Program-made: the position numbers and the translations under genes
IMG/VR virus record: IMGVR_UViG_2706796742_000001
Location: 23,511 to 87,510 of that record
DNA length: 64,000 nt
Source: a virus
Lineage: Duplodnaviria; Heunggongvirae; Uroviricota; Caudoviricetes
Direction: 5' to 3' (one strand)
The notes under the pieces: generated by a model
What the model was told of the DNA's origin: nothing
What the model saw: the letters and a program-made list of their open reading frames with translations, nothing else
The model's database searches: none
Shown: positions 6,343 to 14,401 of the stretch, piece by piece
Numbering within the stretch: position 1 is the first letter of the stretch
How the letters are laid out: every line of letters starts with the position of its first letter

Positions 6343-6900
6343 ATGAGATATTTGAAGTATGCTTCATGGATTTTCCTAGCTTTGCTAGAACCATTTGCAG
6401 CAATCCTAGCAGTCATCTTAGCACCTTTTGTAGTTCCATTCTACAGTGAGAAGAAAGGGCACTTACCTTTCGGCTTCAGATGGATGGAGACATATGACAA
6501 CCCAATTGATGGTGATAAAGGTCATGTTGAACGATGGGCTAAGATTAGAAAGGTTGGTAAGCTTGGTGTCTATATGCAGAGAGTCGGTTGGCTCTGGAGA
6601 AACAAAGCTTATAACTTCTCTTACCATGTGTTAGGAAGAGATGTAAAAGATGTTACTAAGTGGAAAGGTAATATCAATGTAAGTTCTGACCCTGAAGATA
6701 ATCAGACAGGTTATCTCCTAATGTGGAACAGCAATGCTTGGGGATTATTTGCTTTTGTACCATCAATTAAAGTCTTTGGTAAACAGTTTTACTGGAGAAT
6801 TTATATTGGATGGAAACTTAAAAGTGTTGTCCCAGAAGAAAGAGCATTCTCAAGGGAAAGAGTTATGTTGGCATTCTTTATTCATCCACTAAGAAAATAA
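6343..6900 (+). CDS. hypothetical membrane protein encoded inside the tRNA array
   Basis: 185-aa ORF with AAGAGG RBS; hydrophobic N-terminus IFLALLEPFAAILAVILAPFVVPF; Trp/Tyr-rich. Confidence 0.5.
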   Translation: MRYLKYASWIFLALLEPFAAILAVILAPFVVPFYSEKKGHLPFGFRWMETYDNPIDGDKGHVERWAKIRKVGKLGVYMQRVGWLWRNKAYNFSYHVLGRDVKDVTKWKGNINVSSDPEDNQTGYLLMWNSNAWGLFAFVPSIKVFGKQFYWRIYIGWKLKSVVPEERAFSRERVMLAFFIHPLRK

Positions 6901-6908
6901 AGATTTAA

Positions 6909-6984
6909 AGGGGATTAGTTTACAAGGTTAAAACCTCGGTCTTTGAAATCGAAGAAGTTGGTTCAATTCCAACATCCCCCGCCA
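6909..6984 (+). tRNA. tRNA-Gln (anticodon TTG)
   Basis: anticodon stem TCGGT/ATCGA with loop CTTTGAA, T-arm GTTGG-TTCAATT-CCAAC, CCA; 1-72 position unpaired. Confidence 0.6.
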
Positions 6985-6986
6985 AT

Positions 6987-7065
6987 GCTCCATTACTCCA
7001 ATTGGCAGAGAGGCCAGACTTAAAATCTGTGTTATGTATCGGTTCGAATCCGATATGGAGTACCA
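6987..7065 (+). tRNA. tRNA with anticodon TAA (Leu codon TTA); variable arm shorter than typical class II
   Basis: acceptor GCTCCAT/ATGGAGT, anticodon stem CAGA/TCTG with loop CTTAAAA, ~7-nt variable region, T-arm ATCGG-TTCGAAT-CCGAT, A73, CCA. Confidence 0.5.
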
Positions 7066-7070
7066 AATTT

Positions 7071-7146
7071 AGCGGTATAGCATAACTGGCAATGCAGCAG
7101 TCTCTGAAGCTGTCTTATTAAGGTTCAAATCCTTATGCCGCTGCCA
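7071..7146 (+). tRNA. tRNA-Gln (anticodon CTG)
   Basis: acceptor AGCGGTA/TGCCGCT, anticodon stem GCAGT/GCTGT with loop CTCTGAA, T-arm TAAGG-TTCAAAT-CCTTA, CCA; anticodon arm nearly identical to tRNA-Arg(ACG) at 6248. Confidence 0.6.
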
Positions 7147-7177
7147 CTTCTAAGGGTTCTTACGAGAGTCCTTAAAT

Positions 7178-7253
7178 GTGGCCTTATCATAAATGGTAAT
7201 GACCCATGCTGTGAACATGGTCTATACGGGTTCAAATCCCGTAGGTCACCCCA
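7178..7253 (+). tRNA. tRNA-His (anticodon GTG)
   Basis: acceptor GTGGCCT/AGGTCAC, anticodon stem CCATG/CATGG with loop CTGTGAA, T-arm ACGGG-TTCAAAT-CCCGT, CCA. Confidence 0.7.
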
Positions 7254-7259
7254 ATTTAT

Positions 7260-7335
7260 AGTCCAAGTAGCTTATATGGTTAAAGCGCGTGTCTGAAAAA
7301 CATGAGAAGAGGGTTCAAATCCCACTGGACTACCA
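7260..7335 (+). tRNA. tRNA-Phe (anticodon GAA)
   Basis: acceptor AGTCCAA/CTGGACT, anticodon stem CGTGT/ACATG with loop CTGAAAA, T-loop TTCAAAT, CCA. Confidence 0.6.
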
Positions 7336-7351
7336 ATTTCAAAGGTGCTTA

Positions 7352-8086
7352 ATGAAAGAGATGACAGAACAAGGTAAGGAGATTTTTAATCTCTTAAAAA
7401 CCGGTAGAGGGTTTTCTAATCCCCTTATTACTGGTGCAGCAGTTCTCGGTGGAACCGTAGCTGCCTCTACATCACTTGTAAGCTCTATTAGCTCTGTAAC
7501 AGACCCTACAATAAAGGATAAGCTTATTGCTGCTGGACTTACAACAGTTCTACTTAGCAGCTTTACAACGAGTCTGACAAGCACTACATCAACCACTAAA
7601 ACACTGACAGATTACGGTCAAAAGTCCATTGATGAGTTTTCATCACGTATGCAGGTAGCAAAAGGATATTCTAATGCTATGGGTGCAGCAGGAGAGCAAG
7701 TCGGTTGTACACCTTTTAGTGGTATTATGGGTGTTGCTACAGAATATGGTCAAAAAGCTATTGACACAATTAACAGTGCACTAGATAGTGTTAACGGTGT
7801 GTTAAGTGACTTACAGGATGCTATTGACGAAGGTCTTGATACTATTTCTGATTTAGCTAACCAAGCTGTTAGCAAGATTAATGAAGGTATCTCGAAGATT
7901 ACAGCTTATGCAGACGAAGTTGTGCAGATGATTGAAGAAGAAGCTGCCCTTATTGCAGAGTACCTTAAAACGAATATCAATGGGTTCTTAGCAGGTATCT
8001 TACCAGACTGGTTTGATGATGCTTGTAAAACTGGTGTAATTGACACTATTGCAACACCAGAAATGAAGAACGCATTACAGAAATAA
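7352..8086 (+). CDS. hypothetical Ser/Thr-rich protein
   Basis: track ORF 7289..8086 begins inside tRNA-Phe; internal ATG at 7352 with AAAGGTG RBS is the likelier start; long S/T-rich low-complexity stretch. Confidence 0.5.
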   Translation: MKEMTEQGKEIFNLLKTGRGFSNPLITGAAVLGGTVAASTSLVSSISSVTDPTIKDKLIAAGLTTVLLSSFTTSLTSTTSTTKTLTDYGQKSIDEFSSRMQVAKGYSNAMGAAGEQVGCTPFSGIMGVATEYGQKAIDTINSALDSVNGVLSDLQDAIDEGLDTISDLANQAVSKINEGISKITAYADEVVQMIEEEAALIAEYLKTNINGFLAGILPDWFDDACKTGVIDTIATPEMKNALQK

Positions 8087-8088
8087 TG

Positions 8089-8180
8089 GAAGATTAACCC
8101 TAAAAGGTAAGGGAGCAGTTTGCTAAACTGCCAGTAGCTGAGAAATCGGTGTACCAGTTCAAGTCTGGTATCTTCCTCCA
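8089..8180 (+). tRNA. tRNA-Ser (anticodon GCT), long variable arm
   Basis: acceptor GGAAGAT/ATCTTCC, anticodon stem GCAGT/ACTGC with loop TTGCTAA, long variable arm, T-arm ACCAG-TTCAAGT-CTGGT, CCA. Confidence 0.7.
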
Positions 8181-8184
8181 ATTT

Positions 8185-8260
8185 GAATCCGTGACAGAAA
8201 TGGCTATGTGCCTGTCTGCAAAACAGGTTTATAAGGGTTCGAGTCCCTTCGGATTCTCCA
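8185..8260 (+). tRNA. tRNA-Cys (anticodon GCA)
   Basis: acceptor GAATCCG/CGGATTC, anticodon stem CCTGT/ACAGG with loop CTGCAAA, T-arm AAGGG-TTCGAGT-CCCTT, CCA. Confidence 0.7.
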
Positions 8261-8295
8261 AGTTATTTTACTCTCTCTCAATTAAAATAATAATA

Positions 8296-8357
8296 ATGCC
8301 CTGCTATAAGTATTCTTCCTTTCGCTACCGAAGAGTATTTTTAGACAGGGCTTTTTT
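8296..8357 (+). terminator. intrinsic terminator closing the tRNA/early region
   Basis: GCCCTG ... CAGGGC long hairpin followed by TTTTTT. Confidence 0.6.
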
Positions 8358-8422
8358 ACAGAGTTATACTTTATAAGAAGCCTTATACAGTATGTCTCTG
8401 ACGTACATTGTGGTTTCTCCTT

Positions 8423-8446
8423 GACGGTCTCTGTACCGTCTTTTTT
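8423..8446 (+). terminator. intrinsic terminator
   Basis: GACGGT-CTCTGT-ACCGTC followed by TTTTTT. Confidence 0.65.
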
Positions 8447-8482
8447 AAGGGGGAACATGATTAATTATTTGGAGAAAACATA

Positions 8483-8683
8483 ATGAGCGAAAACATCTAT
8501 AAAGAACTTTATGAAGCTAATAAGAAGCTAGAATTTATGCAGAACACTATCATGGCAATTGCAGATAGATTGTCTGTAGCAACAGGTATTGATATCAAAG
8601 AAGCCTCTATGGATGCACTTCTTGATGCTGTTGATGCAAAGTTCGAAGTTAAGAAAGAAGAGACTGCTACAGACTCTGAATAA
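8483..8683 (+). CDS. hypothetical small protein upstream of terminase
   Basis: 66-aa ORF with GGAGA RBS; acidic, helical-looking. Confidence 0.45.
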   Translation: MSENIYKELYEANKKLEFMQNTIMAIADRLSVATGIDIKEASMDALLDAVDAKFEVKKEETATDSE

Positions 8684-8704
8684 TTCTATTTGCGGAGGTG
8701 CTTA

Positions 8705-10306
8705 ATGGATTTAAATGCTGTTAAGCAGAAGCGAGTGGAAGATGTTAGGAAAGTCCTAGCTGGAGAGTTGGGGCTTTCTGATGAAGTAAAAGAAATTATT
8801 AAATCATTCGGTAAAGACCCCTCTAAATTCCTTCCAACTCAAATTCTGACTTTATTAAGATACACACCAGACCAAGTTAGGCTTATCTTCAAATTAATGA
8901 CTGATAAGAACTATGTAGCACCTCAACCGGGTTCTCAAGAGGTGTTTTTAAATACTAATGCTGACTTGGTTTTATATGGTGGTGCTGCTGGTGCTGGTAA
9001 AACTGCTGCATTGTTAATGGACTCCTTAAGGTTTATTGAAGACCCTAACTATAATGCTGTATATTTCCGTCGAAATACAACACAGTTACAAGGTGGTTTA
9101 TGGCCTGCTGCAAAGAAACTATTTGGTAAGTTTGGCGGGGTTCCTCACGAGCAGAAGATGACTATCACATTCCCTTCTGGGGCAACTATCAAGTTCACCT
9201 ACCTAGAACTTGAAAAGCACGCTGAAGGTCATCAGGGTATTGAATACTCAGCTATCTACTTTGACGAAGGTACACACTTCTCTGCTTCACAGATTTCATA
9301 CCTACAGACCCGTCTGCGTTCTGGTGCTGAAGGTGATTCATACATGAAGATTTCTATGAACCCAGATAGAGACCACTTCATTTATGATTGGGTAGAGCCA
9401 TTCTTAGATGAAGAAGGTTACCCAGACCCTGAGAAATGTGGTCGTATTCGTTGGTATGTTATGAATGATGGTGTGATGGTTTCTGATTGGGAGAGAGACA
9501 AGATTCTTGAAATGTTCCCTCTTGAGATTCCTCAGACATACACCTTCATCTCTGGTACGATTGATGATAACCCAATTCTTGACTTCTTAGAGCCTAAATA
9601 TCGTGGTAAGTTGGAAAACAACACACCTGTAAACGTTGCAAGACTTCGTTTCGGTAACTGGAAGGCTCGTGCAGAAGGTTCAAACTATTGGCAAAGACAA
9701 TGGTGTGAGATTGTTGATTCACTACCAGAAGATGTGTTTGATGTCAGAGCATGGGACTTAGCAGCAACTTTACCATCTGAAATTAACCCTAACCCAGACT
9801 GGACAGCGGGTGTTAAGATGGGTAAATCTAAAAAAGACGGTTGCTATTATATCATTGATGTAGTAAGATTTAGAGATAGACCCTCTGGAGTCGAAACACA
9901 AATTAATTTGACTGCTGAAAGTGACGGTAAGCGAACTGGTATTTTTATCCCTCAAGACCCAGGCGCTGCTGGTAAATCCTATGCAACATCCCTCATCAGG
10001 AAACTTGCCGAGAAAGGTTATCGCGCAAGAGCTAAACCAACAAATAAAGATAAAGTTACCCGCTTTGCGGGATTTTCTGCTGCTTCTGAAGCTGGACTTG
10101 TAAAAGTCTTGAGAGGCAGTTGGAACGAAGCTTACTTTCAAGAACTTGAAGGTTTTTGTGGTGATGGTAAAACTAAAGATGACCAAGTGGATGCTACCAG
10201 TGATGCTTTCAACAGTCTTAACGAAGTTAAATTATTCAAGCCACCATCAATGGGTGCTCATACAGACTTAGTGAGAGGAAACCCATATGAGGGGCTTAGA
10301 CGTTGA
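8705..10306 (+). CDS. terL: terminase large subunit
   Basis: Walker A LVLYGGAAGAGKTAALL; size and position before portal; ATG 8705 with GGAGG RBS preferred over the track's TTG at 8690. Confidence 0.85.
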   Translation: MDLNAVKQKRVEDVRKVLAGELGLSDEVKEIIKSFGKDPSKFLPTQILTLLRYTPDQVRLIFKLMTDKNYVAPQPGSQEVFLNTNADLVLYGGAAGAGKTAALLMDSLRFIEDPNYNAVYFRRNTTQLQGGLWPAAKKLFGKFGGVPHEQKMTITFPSGATIKFTYLELEKHAEGHQGIEYSAIYFDEGTHFSASQISYLQTRLRSGAEGDSYMKISMNPDRDHFIYDWVEPFLDEEGYPDPEKCGRIRWYVMNDGVMVSDWERDKILEMFPLEIPQTYTFISGTIDDNPILDFLEPKYRGKLENNTPVNVARLRFGNWKARAEGSNYWQRQWCEIVDSLPEDVFDVRAWDLAATLPSEINPNPDWTAGVKMGKSKKDGCYYIIDVVRFRDRPSGVETQINLTAESDGKRTGIFIPQDPGAAGKSYATSLIRKLAEKGYRARAKPTNKDKVTRFAGFSAASEAGLVKVLRGSWNEAYFQELEGFCGDGKTKDDQVDATSDAFNSLNEVKLFKPPSMGAHTDLVRGNPYEGLRR

Positions 10307-10322
10307 TAGCTAGGTGAGAAGA

Positions 10323-11789
10323 ATGGCAGAAATTACAGAAACACAAGAAAGCTTACCACCATTTAGAATGGGTGAAGTAGGTTCTTTGGGTCTGAAGGTT
10401 AAGAGTGGTAGAATCTATGAAGAACCTCGTCAGGCACTAAGGTTCCCTGAAAGTATTAAAACTTTCCAACTAATGATGCGTGACCCTGCTGTAGCAGCAT
10501 CTGTAAATATTATTAAGATGTTTGTCAGAAAAGTCAACTGGAGATTCGTACCTCCAAAGGGAAAAGAGCAAGACCCTAAAATGCTTGAAAGAGCAGACTT
10601 CTTTAATTCTTTAATGGATGACATGGAGCATGATTGGGCAGATTTTATTAACTCTGTAATGTCATTCTGCACTTATGGATTCTGTGTTAACGAAAAGGTT
10701 TATAAGAAACGTCAGGGTAAAAAAGGAAAGTACCAGTCAAAATTTGATGATGGTCTAATTGGGTGGGCTAAATTACCAATCAGAAACCAGTCAACACTTG
10801 ATAAGTGGTATTTTGACGAAGACTTTAGAAAAGTTACTGGTGTCAGACAAAATCTAAGAAATGTTTCACATATTGCTGGAGCAATTAATCTTGGAGAAAG
10901 ACCACTAACAAGAAAACTCCCACGAGCTAAATTCATGCTGTTTAAGTATGATGATGAGTATGGTAACCCAGAAGGTCGTTCACCATTACTTAACGCTTAT
11001 GTACCGTGGAAGTATAAAGTACAGATTGAAGAGTATGAAGCTGTTGGTGTTTCAAGAGACTTAGTAGGTATGCCAAAAATTGGTTTACCACCAGATTATC
11101 TGGATGAAAATGCAGAACCTGAAAAGAAAGCTTTCGTACAATACTGCAAAACTGTTGTTAATGATATGATTGCTAATGACAGAGCAGGTTTAATCTGGCC
11201 TAGATATATCGACCCAGATACTAAAGAGGATATTTTTGAGTTCTCATTAGTTTCTAGACAGGGTGCTAAAGCATATGACACAGGTTCTATCATTGACAGA
11301 TATTCCAAGCAAATTATGATGGCATTTATGTCAGATATTCTTGCTATGGGTCAGTCAAAATATGGTTCATTCTCTCTTGCAGATTCTAAGACAAGCCTAT
11401 TGGCTATGTCAGTAGATATTCTGCTGAAGCAAATTAAGAACGTAATTAACCGTGATTTAGTTGCACAGACTTATGCTCTTAATATGTGGGATGATGAAGA
11501 ACATGTACAAATCACATATGATGATATCGAAACTCCAGACCTTGAAGCAATTGGTTCTTATATTCAGAAGACTGTTGCAGTAGGTGCTTTGGAAGTTGAC
11601 AAAGAGCTATCTAACAAACTTAGAGAGCATATTGGTCTTCCTCCTGCTGATGAGTCTCAGCCAGTATCTGAAAAGCTTTCTCCGAATAGCCAAAGCCGTT
11701 CAGGAGACGGTTATAAGACCGCTGGAGAAGGTACTGCAAAGACACCTTCAGCGAAAGACCCAAGCACAGCAAATAAGGCAAATAAATAA
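10323..11789 (+). CDS. portal protein
   Basis: ~490 aa directly after terminase; ATG at 10323 preferred over track GTG at 10314. Confidence 0.7.
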   Translation: MAEITETQESLPPFRMGEVGSLGLKVKSGRIYEEPRQALRFPESIKTFQLMMRDPAVAASVNIIKMFVRKVNWRFVPPKGKEQDPKMLERADFFNSLMDDMEHDWADFINSVMSFCTYGFCVNEKVYKKRQGKKGKYQSKFDDGLIGWAKLPIRNQSTLDKWYFDEDFRKVTGVRQNLRNVSHIAGAINLGERPLTRKLPRAKFMLFKYDDEYGNPEGRSPLLNAYVPWKYKVQIEEYEAVGVSRDLVGMPKIGLPPDYLDENAEPEKKAFVQYCKTVVNDMIANDRAGLIWPRYIDPDTKEDIFEFSLVSRQGAKAYDTGSIIDRYSKQIMMAFMSDILAMGQSKYGSFSLADSKTSLLAMSVDILLKQIKNVINRDLVAQTYALNMWDDEEHVQITYDDIETPDLEAIGSYIQKTVAVGALEVDKELSNKLREHIGLPPADESQPVSEKLSPNSQSRSGDGYKTAGEGTAKTPSAKDPSTANKANK

Positions 11790-12289
11790 TGGCTGAAGTT
11801 ATCTCTATTTCAAATGCTACACGAGTGCATTCGTATAGAGGTGTCCTTATCATTACTGATAAGTTATCTGTAGAGGCTGGCTCAAGGGTCAGCCTTTCAG
11901 GTTATGTTAGTGATGGTGGAATCTCTGACGTTTTCACTATTTGTAGGTTACTTGATGCACCAATGAGTGGAAAACCGTTTATTTCAGGAAATTGTAGTGA
12001 AATTGTTAAAATTCCATTTGACAGTTCATGCCTTTTGGGTGTAAAGTTATATAACTGCGAGAATAAACGTATCAATGTTAATAGCATTGAAGCCGCTTTC
12101 ATTACCCTCGACACTGCATTTCAATCTCCAATGACAGTTAACAAAGAAACAAACAGACTTGAATACATTTTTTCACAAAATGATTACAAAGTACTTGTCA
12201 AAGGTAAAGTATATGATATGATTGTAAATGTGGTAGATGAATCTGGTAACCATTCAACAGTCCTTAAACAAAAAGTAAGGTTTAATTAA
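11789..12289 (+). CDS. hypothetical head-module protein
   Basis: 166-aa ORF, start overlaps portal stop (TAATG). Confidence 0.45.
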   Translation: MAEVISISNATRVHSYRGVLIITDKLSVEAGSRVSLSGYVSDGGISDVFTICRLLDAPMSGKPFISGNCSEIVKIPFDSSCLLGVKLYNCENKRINVNSIEAAFITLDTAFQSPMTVNKETNRLEYIFSQNDYKVLVKGKVYDMIVNVVDESGNHSTVLKQKVRFN

Positions 12290-12621
12290 TGGGAACATTA
12301 ACTATTGATGGTAAGAATAAAATCCTCGCCACGCTAACCCCAACGACTATTATTTTACACAATGTAGACCCAACGGCAGACCCTACAGCAAATAAGGTTA
12401 CTCAGCCAGTGGCTATTTATTTTTCTGAACCGGATAATGGCTTAATTGCCTCAGAAGACACAGTTAATATTACTGTCCCAGCTTCTGCAACGGTCTCACA
12501 CTATAGCTTGTGGGATGCTAACGATAAATGCGTGGCAACTGGTGCTCTTAGCAAACCTCAATTCTTTGCTGAAGAAGGTATCTATGTTATCTCTTCAGTC
12601 TCTGTAGATTTAAACAAATAG
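12289..12621 (+). CDS. hypothetical head-module protein
   Basis: 110-aa ORF, ATG overlaps upstream stop. Confidence 0.45.
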   Translation: MGTLTIDGKNKILATLTPTTIILHNVDPTADPTANKVTQPVAIYFSEPDNGLIASEDTVNITVPASATVSHYSLWDANDKCVATGALSKPQFFAEEGIYVISSVSVDLNK

Positions 12622-12632
12622 GGTGAGTAAAA

Positions 12633-13979
12633 ATGAGTTCGAATATCTTCAGACTTGCTGATAGATTATTCAACCAACCTTTACTAGCCACTGAATCATT
12701 AGCTCACTCAGCAGCAACTTATGTGAATAACAGATTGCTGGGTGATGTCCAAGCAGCAGTAAACTTTGATAAACCCAAAGGTGAAGCAAGAAGTCTTTTA
12801 AAAGTAAAAGATGACATTGCTATTATCCCTATTATGGGTGGTTTAACTCATCGTATGACATTCATTGATGCAATGTGTACAGGTGGTTTAAGCTCTTATG
12901 AAGGTTTACGTAGAGGCTTTGACGAAGCTTTAGCAGATGAGTCAATCAAGACTATTGTTCTGCATATTGATTCTGGTGGTGGTGAAGCTTCAGGTTGCTT
13001 TGAATTAGCACGTCACATTATGGCTTCAAGAGGCCAAAAGAAAATTATTGCTTATGTAGATGAGTTCGCTTGTTCCGCTGCATATGCTCTTGCATCTTCT
13101 GCTGAAGAAATTATTGCATCACCAGATGCAGATGTTGGTTCTATTGGTGTAATCATGGTTCATCAGGAATTAACTAAGGCATTTGAAAAGAATGGCGTAA
13201 CAATTAACGTCATCAAAGCTGGTGAGTTTAAAGGTATGGGTTCACCATTCCAAGCACTTTCAGAAGAAAGCAAAGAAAGACTTCAAAAGAGAATTAATGA
13301 TACCTACGCAACCTTTACAGGTTTTGTAGCCGAATCTCGTAATCTCTCTGAAGAAGCTGTAAAGAATACTGAGGCGAATGTTTATTCTGCTCAGGAAGCT
13401 CTTGAACTTGGTTTAATTAACTCAATCATGTCTCAAGATGATTTCTTAAATTACTTACAAGGTTCTGAAGAGGCTCCTGTAAGTTTAAACGTTAACAATT
13501 CAGGTGAAGAAATGACTGAACAAGAAAAGCAAGAACTAGAAGCTTTGCGTCTTCAGGTTGCTCAAATGAAAGCTAAAGAACAGGAAGCTGCTTTGTCAGA
13601 TTTGACTAATAAGATTTCTGCTTCTGCTGAAGCTTTTGGATTTGATGCAAAAGAAGCTGCAACGACTATTTTAGGTGCTGGTCTTGATAACCCTCTGAGT
13701 GTTCTGTTTATGAATGCTATGGAAGGTGCTAACCAGAAACTTAATGAAACTATCGCATCCCATGCTTCTGCAATGGAAGAAAAAGAATCAGAAATTACCA
13801 AGCTGAAAGAAACTGCTGGTGCTGTTCTTGAACATTCCAACGCTATGGAAGAAGTGGGTAATGACGGCGAAGCTGATTTGGTTGAAGAAGAAAAAGAACC
13901 AGCTAAGAATGCTTCCGAAGACACCGCTGAACAACGCAAACTGGCTCTCCAGAATGCTCTAAAATCTCTTATCAAATAA
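12633..13979 (+). CDS. prohead serine protease (ClpP/S49-like) fused to scaffold-like C-terminus
   Basis: IVLHIDSGGGEASGCFELARHIM and IIAYVDEFACSAAYALASSA resemble S49/ClpP-family prohead proteases; C-terminal half is Ala/Glu/Lys-rich and looks coiled-coil. Confidence 0.7.
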   Translation: MSSNIFRLADRLFNQPLLATESLAHSAATYVNNRLLGDVQAAVNFDKPKGEARSLLKVKDDIAIIPIMGGLTHRMTFIDAMCTGGLSSYEGLRRGFDEALADESIKTIVLHIDSGGGEASGCFELARHIMASRGQKKIIAYVDEFACSAAYALASSAEEIIASPDADVGSIGVIMVHQELTKAFEKNGVTINVIKAGEFKGMGSPFQALSEESKERLQKRINDTYATFTGFVAESRNLSEEAVKNTEANVYSAQEALELGLINSIMSQDDFLNYLQGSEEAPVSLNVNNSGEEMTEQEKQELEALRLQVAQMKAKEQEAALSDLTNKISASAEAFGFDAKEAATTILGAGLDNPLSVLFMNAMEGANQKLNETIASHASAMEEKESEITKLKETAGAVLEHSNAMEEVGNDGEADLVEEEKEPAKNASEDTAEQRKLALQNALKSLIK

Positions 13980-13990
13980 GGAACACAATA

Positions 13991-14368
13991 ATGGCATATC
14001 AAGGTTTTACTAAGTTAGGTAAAAGAGAACCTCTGAATGATATCATTCTTTGGGAACAGGTTACCCCAACAGGCCACTCTCGTAAAGAGTACACCCCAGT
14101 TGCTTCAACAGAATATCGTGTAGGTGAAGTTCTGAAAGCAGACGGTACTAAAGTTACAGCAGGACAAGAAGCTCAGGCTGATTCAGTATGTATCGTTAAT
14201 TTCTACGCAGACCTGCAACTGTCTTACCACAGTCAGTTGAAAGTTGTTGGTATTTACCGTGACGCAGAACTGAAAGACATGCTGACTCTTGAATCAGGTG
14301 TTGATGCTGCCGCAGTCAAGACAGCTCTGGCTGCTAAAGGTATTGATTTTGTACCAACTGGCCTGTAA
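13991..14368 (+). CDS. hypothetical head protein (possible decoration/scaffold)
   Basis: 125-aa ORF between protease and capsid gene. Confidence 0.4.
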   Translation: MAYQGFTKLGKREPLNDIILWEQVTPTGHSRKEYTPVASTEYRVGEVLKADGTKVTAGQEAQADSVCIVNFYADLQLSYHSQLKVVGIYRDAELKDMLTLESGVDAAAVKTALAAKGIDFVPTGL

Positions 14369-14401
14369 TAACAATAATAAGACATTCTGGAGAATTTTAC
14401 A

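Noticed and set aside
8149-8376. 75-aa plus-strand ORF from the track
   Set aside because: Runs through tRNA-Ser(GCT), tRNA-Cys and into the terminator; no RBS
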